Made by a program: the position numbers and the translations under genes. This document shows positions 39,482 through 48,541 of a stretch of DNA of 57,733 bases, piece after piece. The DNA is from an uncultured Thermotogae bacterium (lineage in GTDB: Bacteria; Bipolaricaulota; Bipolaricaulia; UBA7950; UBA9294): contig CAZGRE010000003.1 in the NCBI GenBank assembly GCA_964528085.1, forward strand, positions 1 to 57,733. Reading direction: 5' to 3'. Numbering within the stretch: position 1 is the stretch's first letter; every line of letters begins with the position of its first letter. The notes beneath the pieces are model-generated. The model had not been told where the DNA came from. It saw only the letters and a list, made by a program, of their open reading frames with translations, and ran no database searches.

Positions 39482-40432
39482 GTGGACTGGAAGCCGTACT
39501 ACCGGTCGGAACTCGTGACCCCGGGAGTCCGCGAGCTCCTGATCGGCTACCTTGAGGAGGGGAGGGACCCGCTGATCGAGGAGGGGTTGAAACGCGGTGC
39601 GATCGTCTCGTTCCCGCACACCTCCGTTCACTACTCAGGCCCACTCCAGGCGCGGCTCGTCTCCTCCCTCTACCGCTGTGGAATCTCTCGGATCATTGTC
39701 CTCGGCGTCCTGCACGGGATCGGGATCCCCGCCTTCCGCCGGGCGCGGGACGGGGATCTTTCGGCCGACGAGCGGAAGGGGGCGTTCGAGGAGATCAAAG
39801 GTGGGTTCGTCCCGGAGGGGGATCGTTTTGAGACCCCGTTCGGGGGGTATCCGACCTGGATTCCTGAAACTTGGGATGGATCGATCAGGATCGATCGCTT
39901 CGGGCTCCTCTCCTCCGAGTTCTCGCTTGATACGTTCGTATCGATCCTCCGTCTGGGGGCGGATCTGTTTAAGAGAAGGCCGATTCCGATCCTTCCGTTG
40001 TTCATCGGGATGACGCGCGAGCCGGTGAGCCAAGATTTTTCCGTCGCTTCCAAGCTCGCCTCGTTCCTCCGGAGGATCGTCGGGCCGGACGTTGCCGTTG
40101 TGACGACCGGGGATCTTGTCCACTACGGCACCGCTTACGCCTCCCCTGGCGAGGAGGTAGGGGAGGACGGTCCCCTCCTCGAGGAGAGGTTCAAGGGGAT
40201 GGTCATCCGGATGCTCGAAGCAGGGCTCGTCCGCGGAGACGACGAGGAGGCCTACCGGATATCGACCGACGGGCTGAAGAGCGATCAGCGCGAGGTCCTC
40301 CCGGTCATCGCCGCTTATCTTAAACGGAGGGGGTCCTATCGGATCCTTCATTTCGAGCTCTCCGACTATGCCGGGATCCTCTCCGTCGATCGGCCCTGTC
40401 GGGTGGGGAGTGCGCTTCTGATCTACGGTTGA
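39482..40432 (+). CDS. Divergent MEMO1 / AmmeMemoRadiSam protein B-like protein
   Basis: FPHTSVHYSG (cf. PHAGYxYSG), LGVLH, FETPFG (cf. TPLG), SEFSLD (cf. EHSxE), TTGDLVHYG (cf. SSDxxHYG). GTG start with SD AAGGAGG. Confidence 0.7.
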   Translation: MDWKPYYRSELVTPGVRELLIGYLEEGRDPLIEEGLKRGAIVSFPHTSVHYSGPLQARLVSSLYRCGISRIIVLGVLHGIGIPAFRRARDGDLSADERKGAFEEIKGGFVPEGDRFETPFGGYPTWIPETWDGSIRIDRFGLLSSEFSLDTFVSILRLGADLFKRRPIPILPLFIGMTREPVSQDFSVASKLASFLRRIVGPDVAVVTTGDLVHYGTAYASPGEEVGEDGPLLEERFKGMVIRMLEAGLVRGDDEEAYRISTDGLKSDQREVLPVIAAYLKRRGSYRILHFELSDYAGILSVDRPCRVGSALLIYG

Positions 40433-40442
40433 AGGGAGTGAT

Positions 40443-41126
40443 ATGCAGAGAGGGAAGACGGTCGGTGTCATCGGCGGGATGGGGCCGGCGGCGACGGTCG
40501 AGTTCTTCCGGCGGCTCGTCGCCGCCACTCCGGCGGAGGCCGATCAGGATCACCTGCACGTCATAATCGACAGCGATCCGAGCGTCCCCGATCGTACGGC
40601 GGGGATCCTCGGTTGCGGTGAGGATCCGCTCCCCGCCCTCGTTTCGATGGCGAGGAGGTTGAAGGCAGCGGGGGCGGACTTCCTCGTCGTCCCGTGCAAC
40701 ACCGCCCATCACTACCTTTCTGCCATCAGGGATGCGGTCGGTATCCCCATCCTCGACATGCCGGCCGAGGCGGCGGCAAGGATCGATCAGACCCCCCTCG
40801 GCCTCCTTGCAACCGATGGGACGATCGCAACCGAGGTCTACCAGCGCGCCTTCTCCGAGCGGGGGATCGAGCTTATCATCCCGGCCAGGGAGGATCAGTC
40901 GGCCGTGATGCGGGTGATCGAGGGGATAAAAAAAGGGGAGGACCCATCAACGTTTACCGGGGTGATCGCATCGATCGTATCCCGGCTGACCGGTGCGAAG
41001 GGGGTGATCGCCGGCTGCACGGAGATCTCCCTCATCGATGGTGATATGATGCCGCTACCATGGATCGATCCGCTCGACGCCCTCGTCGCTGCGACGATCC
41101 GCGAGGGACTGAAGGAGGATGGATGA
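40443..41126 (+). CDS. Aspartate/glutamate racemase family amino-acid racemase (both catalytic Cys present)
   Basis: GVIGGMGPAAT, DQDH, PDRT, PCNTAH, AGCTEI. Confidence 0.92.
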   Translation: MQRGKTVGVIGGMGPAATVEFFRRLVAATPAEADQDHLHVIIDSDPSVPDRTAGILGCGEDPLPALVSMARRLKAAGADFLVVPCNTAHHYLSAIRDAVGIPILDMPAEAAARIDQTPLGLLATDGTIATEVYQRAFSERGIELIIPAREDQSAVMRVIEGIKKGEDPSTFTGVIASIVSRLTGAKGVIAGCTEISLIDGDMMPLPWIDPLDALVAATIREGLKEDG

Positions 41127-42289
41127 GCGATCTTAAAGGACGTGTCTGCGAAGCGGTCGACCGGCTGGAGGAGAAGCTCCGCGGGGTGAGCAGGTTCATA
41201 TACGAGAACCCGGAGCTGAAGTTCGAGGAGGTCCGGGCGGCGAAGCTCCTCGCCGATGAGCTCGCTGCCGCCGGGTTCGATGTGAGGCTCGGGGCCGCCG
41301 GCCTCGATACGGCGATAGTCGCCACGCATCCTGAGGTGAGCGACGGCCCGACGGTGGCGATCATCGGCGAGTACGACGCCCTCCCCGGGATCGGCCACGC
41401 CTGCGGTCACAACCTGATCGCCGCCGCCGGCCTCGGGGCCGCCCTCGCCGTCGGTACGGTGAAGGGGGATCTCCCCGGGAGGCTCGTCTTCTTCGGGACC
41501 CCGGGTGAGGAAGGGGGAGGGGGGAAGGTGATCATGGCCGAGGCCGGCCTGTTCGACGGGGTCGACGCGGCGATGATGTTCCACCCCGCCTCCCACACCG
41601 TCGTCGATTGGGGGAGCCTCGCGATCACCGAGGTAAACATCGAGTTCTCCGGGAAGGCGGCGCATGCATCAGGCTCCCCTGAGAAGGGGATAAACGCCCT
41701 CGATGCGGTGATCCAGACGTTCAATTCGCTGAACGCCCTCCGCCAGCACATAAAGGACGGCTCGCGGATCCATGGGGTGATCACCGACGGGGGAGCGAAG
41801 CCGAACATCGTCCCGGAGCATGCCTCAGCCAATTTCTATGTCCGCGCCGAGGAGAACGACTATCGCGACGAGCTCCTGGAGAAGCTCCGTGCGTGTGCAG
41901 AAGGGGCGGCCCTCGCCACCGGGGCGCGCCTCAAGTTCGAGCTCGTCGGCCACTCGTACAAGGCGATGAAGCCGAACCGTATCCTCGGGGATGCATTCGT
42001 CAGGAATCTTGCTTCCCTCGGCTGGGGTCTGAATCCGCCGAAGGATAGATCGATGGGGTCGACCGACATGGGGGACGTCTCCCAGCTCGTCCCGTCGATC
42101 CACGCCTACCTCCAGATCTGCCCTGAGGACGTCGCCGGACACTCGCGGGAGTTCGCTGCTGCAGCCGGTTCGGAGGAGGGGGCGCGTGCGATGCTGGCCG
42201 CGGCGAAGGGACTCGCCATGACCGCGGTCGACGTGCTAAGCGACCCGAGGATGAGCGAGCTGATGTGGGAGGAGTTCAAAGGCGGCTAG
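41123..42289 (+). CDS. M20 family amidohydrolase (AbgB/Acy1L2-like)
   Basis: [48 protein letters not shown]. Start at ATG 41123. Confidence 0.92.
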   Translation: MSDLKGRVCEAVDRLEEKLRGVSRFIYENPELKFEEVRAAKLLADELAAAGFDVRLGAAGLDTAIVATHPEVSDGPTVAIIGEYDALPGIGHACGHNLIAAAGLGAALAVGTVKGDLPGRLVFFGTPGEEGGGGKVIMAEAGLFDGVDAAMMFHPASHTVVDWGSLAITEVNIEFSGKAAHASGSPEKGINALDAVIQTFNSLNALRQHIKDGSRIHGVITDGGAKPNIVPEHASANFYVRAEENDYRDELLEKLRACAEGAALATGARLKFELVGHSYKAMKPNRILGDAFVRNLASLGWGLNPPKDRSMGSTDMGDVSQLVPSIHAYLQICPEDVAGHSREFAAAAGSEEGARAMLAAAKGLAMTAVDVLSDPRMSELMWEEFKGG

Positions 42290-42498
42290 GGGACCGGATC
42301 GTACCCGCCGGGGTTGAACGGATGGCATCTTAGGATCCGCTTGATCGCGAGCCACCCGCCGGAGAGGACCCCGTGCTTCTTCAGCGCCACGATCGCGTAC
42401 TCGGAGCACGTCGGGTAGAACCGGCAGTGATGCGGAAGGAGCGGCGAGATGACCCGCCGGTAGACGACGATCGGCCCGATCAGAATCCTCCTTAGCAT
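42286..42498 (-). CDS. yidD: Membrane protein insertion efficiency factor
   Basis: [38 protein letters not shown]. Confidence 0.95.
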   Translation of the reverse strand: MLRRILIGPIVVYRRVISPLLPHHCRFYPTCSEYAIVALKKHGVLSGGWLAIKRILRCHPFNPGGYDPVP

Positions 42499-42526
42499 AA
42501 GGCGATTCTATCCCCTTCCCACCCCC

Positions 42527-42555
42527 TTGACAAAAAAGAGGGCGATCGCTATACT
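42527..42555 (+). promoter_or_regulatory. Sigma70 promoter of hsp20
   Basis: TTGACA (42527-32), 17 bp, TATACT (42550-55). Confidence 0.8.
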
Positions 42556-42559
42556 TCAG

Positions 42560-42586
42560 TTAGCAGTCAAAGGGTGAGACTGCTAA
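42560..42586 (+). promoter_or_regulatory. CIRCE element (HrcA operator)
   Basis: TTAGCAGTC-N9-GACTGCTAA versus consensus TTAGCACTC-N9-GAGTGCTAA, lying between the -10 box and the SD of a heat-shock gene. Confidence 0.9.
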
Positions 42587-42610
42587 TCTAAGGAAGAAGG
42601 AGGTGGAAAG

Positions 42611-43063
42611 ATGCTTAGGAGACTTCCTGATGTGCAGAGGGGACCGTTCCTTCTCGAGAGCGGGATTTCGCGGATGCTCGATGAGTTCTTCCGCGACTTC
42701 GACTGGCTCGGGTTCGACATCGCGCCGAGCTTCGGCCGGACGGACGTCTACGAGAAGGATCAGAACCTCGTGTTCGAGACCGAGCTTCCCGGGGTGAACA
42801 AGGACGAGATTCAGGTCAAGGTCGATGACGATCAGCTCGTCATCTCCGGGGAGGTGAAGCGGAGGGAGGAGATCGACCGGGAGAACTACTTCCGGATCGG
42901 TCGCCGCTACGGTCGATTCCAACGCTCCTTCCCTCTTCCGGCCGATATGGTGAAGAAGGACGGGATAAAGGCCCGCTTCGAGAACGGGATTCTGATTGTC
43001 ATGGTCCCGCTTATAGAATCGATCAAGAAGAAGGAGAAGCCGATCGAGGTGAAGGTCGAGTAG
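42611..43063 (+). CDS. Hsp20/alpha-crystallin small heat-shock protein
   Basis: DVYE..ELPGV, LVISGE, YGRFQRSFPLP, ARFENGIL, C-terminal IEV motif. Confidence 0.95.
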   Translation: MLRRLPDVQRGPFLLESGISRMLDEFFRDFDWLGFDIAPSFGRTDVYEKDQNLVFETELPGVNKDEIQVKVDDDQLVISGEVKRREEIDRENYFRIGRRYGRFQRSFPLPADMVKKDGIKARFENGILIVMVPLIESIKKKEKPIEVKVE

Positions 43064-43077
43064 AGGGCTTCTCCTTC

Positions 43078-43104
43078 GCCCCGGCGCTTTGCGCCGGGGT
43101 TTTT
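43078..43104 (+). terminator. Intrinsic terminator of hsp20
   Basis: GCCCCGGCGC-TTT-GCGCCGGGGT followed by TTTT. Confidence 0.8.
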
Positions 43105-44729
43105 CATTCTCGGTATCGATCGGTTATCGGGACCGCACGGCCGATCCCGAACGCCTTCGGAGAGACCTTGATCCCGGGCGGGAGCTGGCGGCGCTTGTAC
43201 TCGCTTCTGTAGTAGAGGCGGAGGGCCCGATCGACGAGCTCAGGACCGAACCCGCGGGAGACCAATCCCTCGCGCGATGCGTTCTCCTCGATCAAGGCGC
43301 GGAGGAGCGGATCGAGGAGATCGTAAGGGGGGAGATCGTCCTCGTCGCGCTGATCCGCCCGAAGCTCGGCCGACGGGGGCTTTTCGAAGACGCGCGGTGG
43401 GATCTGCTCCTTGAACCTCTCTGCGAGGAGGTAGACGTCCTCCTTGTACAGATCGGCGATCGGGGCGAGCCCCCCGACCGTATCCCCGTACAGGGTGTTG
43501 TAACCGACGGCGATCTCGGACTTGTTCCCGCCGGAGAGGACGATGGCCCCCTTCGCGTTGGCGAACGCCATCAGGATGGTGGCGCGTATCCGCGGCTGTA
43601 GGTTCTCATCGACTATCCCCTCAGCCGGCATCGGGAGGGCCGCCCGCGTCTCCCGGTGGATCCCCTCGATCGGGATCTCGATGTAGTCTATCTCGAGCCG
43701 GCGTGCGATCTCTTCTGCATCCTCCCGGCTCTCTTCGGATGAGAACTCGCTTCTCAGGAAGACCCCCGTCACCCCCTCCGCCCCGATCGCCGCCGCTGCG
43801 AGACAGGCGACGAGGGCGGAGTCGATCCCCCCCGACAGCCCGACGATCGCGCGAGAGAACCCGTTCTTCCTCAGGTAATCGCGGATCCCGGTGACGATCG
43901 CCCCCTCGATCTGGCCGATCTCCACCTCCTCTTCTCCCTCTATCGGACGGAGGGATTCGAGATCGAATGTGAACAGGCCCTCCTCGAATCGAGGTCCTTG
44001 GAAGAGGAGTCTCCCCTCCCGATCGACGACGAAGCTCCCCCCGTCGAACACGATCTCATCCTGCCCGCCGACGAGGTTTACGTAGATGATCCCGACATCG
44101 TTCTCCCTCGCCCGCTCGCTCGCCAGCCGGCGGCGGATCCCCGGCTTCCCACGATAGAACGGTGAGGCAGAGATGTTGACGATCCATTCGGCCCCGAGGC
44201 TCGCCTGTACCTCGGTCGGCCCTCCGTCGACCCAGATGTCCTCGCAGACGTTTATCCCGAGCCGGATCCCTCCGATCTCCTCCACCCCGGTCCCAGGGCC
44301 GGGAGTGAAATAGCGCTTCTCGTTGTAGACGTCGTAGGAGGGGATGTGCATCTTCTCGAACCTTCCCTTGATCTTTCCATCCTCGATCAGGTAGGCGATG
44401 TTGTAGAGGGCTCCCCCACCCCCGTCGCTCAGCGACGAGAGGTCGAAGCGGTTCGCCGCCTCCGTGCGCGGGCCGGAGCCGATCGATCCGAGGATGACTG
44501 CTATCCCCTCTGTGGCGCTGCGGATCCGCTCGATCGCCTCCTCGCAGGATGCGACGAACCCCGGCCTCCAGACGATGTCGAGCGGGATGTATCCGGGGAT
44601 CGCAAGCTCGGGGAAGACGACGAGTTCGCACCCCTCCTTCCTCCCTTCGGCGATCAGCTCGAGGATCGTTTCGGTGTTTCCGCCGATATCCCCGACGCAG
44701 GGGTTGATTTGCCCGATCCCAACGCGCAT
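43104..44729 (-). CDS. nadE: Glutamine-dependent NAD+ synthetase
   Basis: Nitrilase domain (FPEL, EKRYF, VCEDIW) plus synthetase domain (GLSGGIDS, ENLQPRIR, NKSE, YNTLYGD, PSAEL). Confidence 0.96.
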   Translation of the reverse strand: MRVGIGQINPCVGDIGGNTETILELIAEGRKEGCELVVFPELAIPGYIPLDIVWRPGFVASCEEAIERIRSATEGIAVILGSIGSGPRTEAANRFDLSSLSDGGGGALYNIAYLIEDGKIKGRFEKMHIPSYDVYNEKRYFTPGPGTGVEEIGGIRLGINVCEDIWVDGGPTEVQASLGAEWIVNISASPFYRGKPGIRRRLASERARENDVGIIYVNLVGGQDEIVFDGGSFVVDREGRLLFQGPRFEEGLFTFDLESLRPIEGEEEVEIGQIEGAIVTGIRDYLRKNGFSRAIVGLSGGIDSALVACLAAAAIGAEGVTGVFLRSEFSSEESREDAEEIARRLEIDYIEIPIEGIHRETRAALPMPAEGIVDENLQPRIRATILMAFANAKGAIVLSGGNKSEIAVGYNTLYGDTVGGLAPIADLYKEDVYLLAERFKEQIPPRVFEKPPSAELRADQRDEDDLPPYDLLDPLLRALIEENASREGLVSRGFGPELVDRALRLYYRSEYKRRQLPPGIKVSPKAFGIGRAVPITDRYRE

Positions 44730-44744
44730 GGATCGATTATAGGA

Positions 44745-45512
44745 TCAGCCTCTGAATCGATCCAGCCGCTCGTTGACGATGGCAAGGACCTTCTTTGTGT
44801 CCTCCTCGGAGAGGCGGGAGAACTCCCCTGGCTTCAGGTCCCCCAGCGTAATCGGCCCGATCGCGACGCGAAGGAGCCTTTTGACCTCGAGGGAGAAGTG
44901 GGAGAAGAGCCGCTTGATCTCGTGCTTCTTCCCCTCGGCCAACGTCACCTCGACGTATCCCCCTTTGGTCTCGGCCGAGATCGCACGCAAGCTGTCGCCG
45001 TCATCGACGATCCCGCGGCGCATTTCAGCGAGGATCGCGTTCAGCCTCCCCCGCGGCGGGAGGGTTCTCACCCAGACGCGGTAGACCTTCTTCACCCCGT
45101 AACGGGGATGGGTGAAGGCGTGGACGACATCACCGGCGTTCGTGAGGAGGAGGAGGCCCTCTGCGTCCTGGTCGAGCCGACCGACCCAGGTGTAGCCGAT
45201 GAACCCTTCGGTCCTAAGGACCCTCCCGACGGTGTTCCCGTAGAACGGGTCGTCGTGGCTGCACAAGACGCCGCGCGGCTTGTAGTACCGGTAGATGCGC
45301 TCTTCCGGCTCGAAGAGCGACAGCGGGTGCCCCCGGAGGGTGAGAAGGCGGATCCTTTCCGGATCGACCATGAGGAACGCGTCGGTTGCCACCTCTCCGT
45401 CGATTGAGACCTCGCCTTCTGCGATCAGCTCTTGCGCCTTGCGCCGCGAGATCCCGGCCTGCCGCTGGATCAACTGGAGGAGCTTCCTCGGCCTGCCATT
45501 TTTTCTCTCCAT
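44745..45512 (-). CDS. rRNA pseudouridine synthase, RsuA/RluB family
   Basis: S4-like SRRKAQELI, YKPRG, VGRLDQDAEGLLLLTN, EGKKHEIKR. Start at ATG 45512. Confidence 0.9.
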   Translation of the reverse strand: MERKNGRPRKLLQLIQRQAGISRRKAQELIAEGEVSIDGEVATDAFLMVDPERIRLLTLRGHPLSLFEPEERIYRYYKPRGVLCSHDDPFYGNTVGRVLRTEGFIGYTWVGRLDQDAEGLLLLTNAGDVVHAFTHPRYGVKKVYRVWVRTLPPRGRLNAILAEMRRGIVDDGDSLRAISAETKGGYVEVTLAEGKKHEIKRLFSHFSLEVKRLLRVAIGPITLGDLKPGEFSRLSEEDTKKVLAIVNERLDRFRG

Positions 45513-45617
45513 CGCTTCGTAGGGATAACGGCTGACGCGGTCGAGTGCAAGCCGGCCGATTTTTTTCGCGTGCAACTCTTCGGGATAATGTGCAATCTGC
45601 GCCGGCGAAAGGAGACC

Positions 45618-46778
45618 ATGGATTTCAGAGTCGATCGGATTGAGCTGGGAGACCGCGCCCTGCGCGCGTTCGTCGAGGTCCCGTGGGTTCTTCACCGCGG
45701 CGATCTTCACTGGACCCCGCCGCTCCGCGCCGAGCTCCTCGGAAGCCGCCTGTTCGGGGTGACCGGGCTTTTAACGAGAAAGCACCCGTATCACGACACC
45801 GCCGACGTCACCCACTTCATTGCGCGGGATGGCCGTCGCCTCCTCGGGCGGGTCTCGGCTGCGATCAATCAGCGGTTCAACGACTACTGGGGGGAGAAGA
45901 TCGGTTTTTTCGGGTTCTTCGAGACCGCCGACGACTACGCGGTCGCCTCCTCCCTCCTCGACCGGGCGAGCGATTGGCTCGCTTCTCACGGCGCGGAGAA
46001 GATGCGCGGCCCAGGAGGATACTCGACCGCCACCCATGAGGCGTATCAAGGGGTCCTGATCGATGGGTTCGACTCTCCTCCGACTGTCGAGCTGACGCAC
46101 AACCCTCCCTACTACGGCGAGTTCCTCGAGCGCTACGGATTGAGGAAGGTGAAGGACTATCATGCCTACCGGGTCGAGATCCCCGATCGGCCGAGCGAGC
46201 GGCTCCGCCGGGTCGCTTCCCTCGTCCGGGCCCGCCGGCCGATCGAGACGAGGCCGATCGATCTTAGAAGGCTCCGCTCCGAGGTCGATCTGATCGTTTC
46301 GATCTACAACGATGCGTGGTCGAGGAACTGGGGCTTCCTCCCGCTGACCGAAGCCGAGGCCGAGGCTATGGCCGCGAGCCTGAAGCTCGTTGCCGATCCC
46401 GGGCTGATCCGCTTCGCCTATATCGCCGGCGAGCCGGCCGCCGTCCTCGGTGCCCTCCCCGATCCGAACGTCCCACTCGCCCCGCGGTGGAACAGGTTCA
46501 AGGACAGCGATCCCATCCGGATACTCCGCCTCCTCCGAACCCGGAGGAGGATCCCCCGCACCCGCTTGATGTTCTTCGGGATCCGCCCTCGGTTCCGGAA
46601 GCTCGGGATCGACGCCGTCTTGTACCTTGAGGTGATGGAGCACGCGATCCGGCGTGGGTATACGACATGCGAGCCCTCCCTTCTCCTCGAGGAGAACGCG
46701 CTGATCCTACGCGGGTCCGAGTCGATGGGAGGGGTCCGTTACAAGACGTGGCGGATATACGAGATGCCACTCGCATAA
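45618..46778 (+). CDS. GNAT-fold N-acetyltransferase (YghO-like)
   Basis: WTPPL, GRVSA, GFFGFFE, HNPPYY, YNDAWSRNWGFLP, LLEEN, YKTWRIY. Start at ATG 45618 with SD AGGAG. Confidence 0.75.
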   Translation: MDFRVDRIELGDRALRAFVEVPWVLHRGDLHWTPPLRAELLGSRLFGVTGLLTRKHPYHDTADVTHFIARDGRRLLGRVSAAINQRFNDYWGEKIGFFGFFETADDYAVASSLLDRASDWLASHGAEKMRGPGGYSTATHEAYQGVLIDGFDSPPTVELTHNPPYYGEFLERYGLRKVKDYHAYRVEIPDRPSERLRRVASLVRARRPIETRPIDLRRLRSEVDLIVSIYNDAWSRNWGFLPLTEAEAEAMAASLKLVADPGLIRFAYIAGEPAAVLGALPDPNVPLAPRWNRFKDSDPIRILRLLRTRRRIPRTRLMFFGIRPRFRKLGIDAVLYLEVMEHAIRRGYTTCEPSLLLEENALILRGSESMGGVRYKTWRIYEMPLA

Positions 46779-46807
46779 AAAAAGGGCCCGGCTTGAACGC
46801 CGGGCCC
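46777..46807 (-). terminator. Intrinsic terminator of the DUF4384 gene (possibly bidirectional)
   Basis: GGGCCCGGC-GTTCAA-GCCGGGCCC followed by T7 on the minus strand. Confidence 0.8.
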
Positions 46808-46844
46808 AGGGCGCAGGCCGAGGAGGCAGACGCCCGTAAGATCG

Positions 46845-47588
46845 TTAACCTCCGGTCCCGAAGTGGATCGTGATCCTCAGGTGCCACTTAAGGTCAGGGC
46901 CGAAGTACCAGTACCATCCGCTCGGCGGGGTGCCGAAGTGCCATTCACCGTCCGCCCAGTACCAGCACGCCCCCGGATACCCATAGAACGGAGGGTAAAA
47001 CGGTGGGTAATAGTAGTAGGAAGGGGGCGTGTAACCGTATTCGTACCCGGCGACGATCGTGAACGAGGTCCAGGCGCTCGCCCAGTCAGGCTCGGGGACG
47101 ATCCCCATTATGTGCCCTTGGATCTCCCCTGATGCGGAACCCGGATCCGATCCGACCATCGGGAACGGCTCGCCGAAGTAGGGCGGCGCCAGGCCGAGGG
47201 AGACCGGGCTAGCGAAGATCTGGAGGTACTCGGTCCCGGTCGGTGGGGCGACCGTGAACTTGTACATCCCGTCGGGGAGGGTGTGAACCCCGGCGGAGAC
47301 AAAGTTGTTCTGGGAGTAGGCGTTCGGGAAGATCAGCCTTACGATCCCGTCCGGCTGGATGTCGTAGATGTAGATGTACGCCGGCTGGGAGACGTGGAAG
47401 GTTATCGTCACGTTCTCGCCGATCATGTAGCTCGTCTTGTCGGTCCAGATGCTGACCGACAGGGACGGAGGGTTCGGCCCGGGGATGACCCCGAGCGGGG
47501 CCGGTGTGCCGTCGGCGAGGGCGATCGCTCCGAGGGCGAGGCTTCCAACTAACAGGAGGATTGCGGTCCTTGCGAGTCTGCGTTTCAT
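46845..47588 (-). CDS. Exported DUF4384-domain protein with an aromatic/Pro-rich tail
   Basis: Signal peptide; VSIWTDKTSYMIGE..YIYIYDIQPDG.VRLIFPN..P.GTEYLQIFAS is typical of DUF4384. Confidence 0.78.
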   Translation of the reverse strand: MKRRLARTAILLLVGSLALGAIALADGTPAPLGVIPGPNPPSLSVSIWTDKTSYMIGENVTITFHVSQPAYIYIYDIQPDGIVRLIFPNAYSQNNFVSAGVHTLPDGMYKFTVAPPTGTEYLQIFASPVSLGLAPPYFGEPFPMVGSDPGSASGEIQGHIMGIVPEPDWASAWTSFTIVAGYEYGYTPPSYYYYPPFYPPFYGYPGACWYWADGEWHFGTPPSGWYWYFGPDLKWHLRITIHFGTGG

Positions 47589-47631
47589 TTCGATCACCTC
47601 GCGCAATCTACACCCGTTGGGAGGGGTTGTT

Positions 47632-48462
47632 TCAGGCGTAAGGCGATCCGTTTCTGCCGATCTTCCTCACGACGATGTGGAGGTGCTCGGTGCAATCCCG
47701 GAACGGCGGGGAGGTCGATGTCGCGACGACCAGCCGGAGGATGTTCTCATACGCGGTTCGGTCCAGGCTCGCTATCTCCTCGACCTCGTCGAGCATCCCG
47801 GCGGCGAACCCCTCGACCCCGGCCCGCGCCTCGATGGCGAACCCCGCCGCCCTCAGCTCCCCGATCGCGTGCGGTGGGGTGAGAAACGCCGCTTCGGTGA
47901 ACGCCTCCTGCTCACCGACCTGAACGCAGGTGGAGAGGAGGGATGCGACCCGTTCGTACTCTGCGTACTCCCCTGGGAACTCGGTGAGGCCGGAGCGGAG
48001 GATCCCCCACGGGTTTATGAATCCGACGATCGCCGGGGCTCCCGGCTTGAGGATCCGGTGAAGCTCGGCGAGGGCCGCGCTCCTCCCCTCCTCCCCGACG
48101 ATGTGGTACATCGGACCGAGGATCAGCCCGGCATCGAACGAGGAATCATCGATCACGGAGAGATCCCTGGCATCCGCGCATATCAGCTTCGCTTCCAGAT
48201 TCAGTTCGGCGAGCCTCTCCCCTGCGAATCCGATTGCCTTCGGTGATATATCGACGAGGGTGACCTTGTAGCCGCGGCTCGCAAGCTCGATCGCATAGCG
48301 CCCCGGCCCGCCCCCGATATCGATGATCTCTCCGCTTGCAGGGAAGAACCCATCGACCAGGCTCAGGGTGCTCGCAAGCTCGAAGCGGCGGTACGGGTTA
48401 TCGAGCCGTTCCCACTCCCTTTTCACGGATTCGTCGTAGTAGCGTCGGACGACATCGCTCAT
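47632..48462 (-). CDS. Class I SAM-dependent methyltransferase
   Basis: EWERL, IIDIGGGPGRY, LVDIS, DARDL, LGPMYH. Confidence 0.9.
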   Translation of the reverse strand: MSDVVRRYYDESVKREWERLDNPYRRFELASTLSLVDGFFPASGEIIDIGGGPGRYAIELASRGYKVTLVDISPKAIGFAGERLAELNLEAKLICADARDLSVIDDSSFDAGLILGPMYHIVGEEGRSAALAELHRILKPGAPAIVGFINPWGILRSGLTEFPGEYAEYERVASLLSTCVQVGEQEAFTEAAFLTPPHAIGELRAAGFAIEARAGVEGFAAGMLDEVEEIASLDRTAYENILRLVVATSTSPPFRDCTEHLHIVVRKIGRNGSPYA

Positions 48463-48541
48463 ATCAATTCTAGCGTAGGGGATCGTCCCTTCACGGGCAA
48501 CCTTGCCCGGGGAGGGGATCCGGTATACCGTCTGTTGGACG

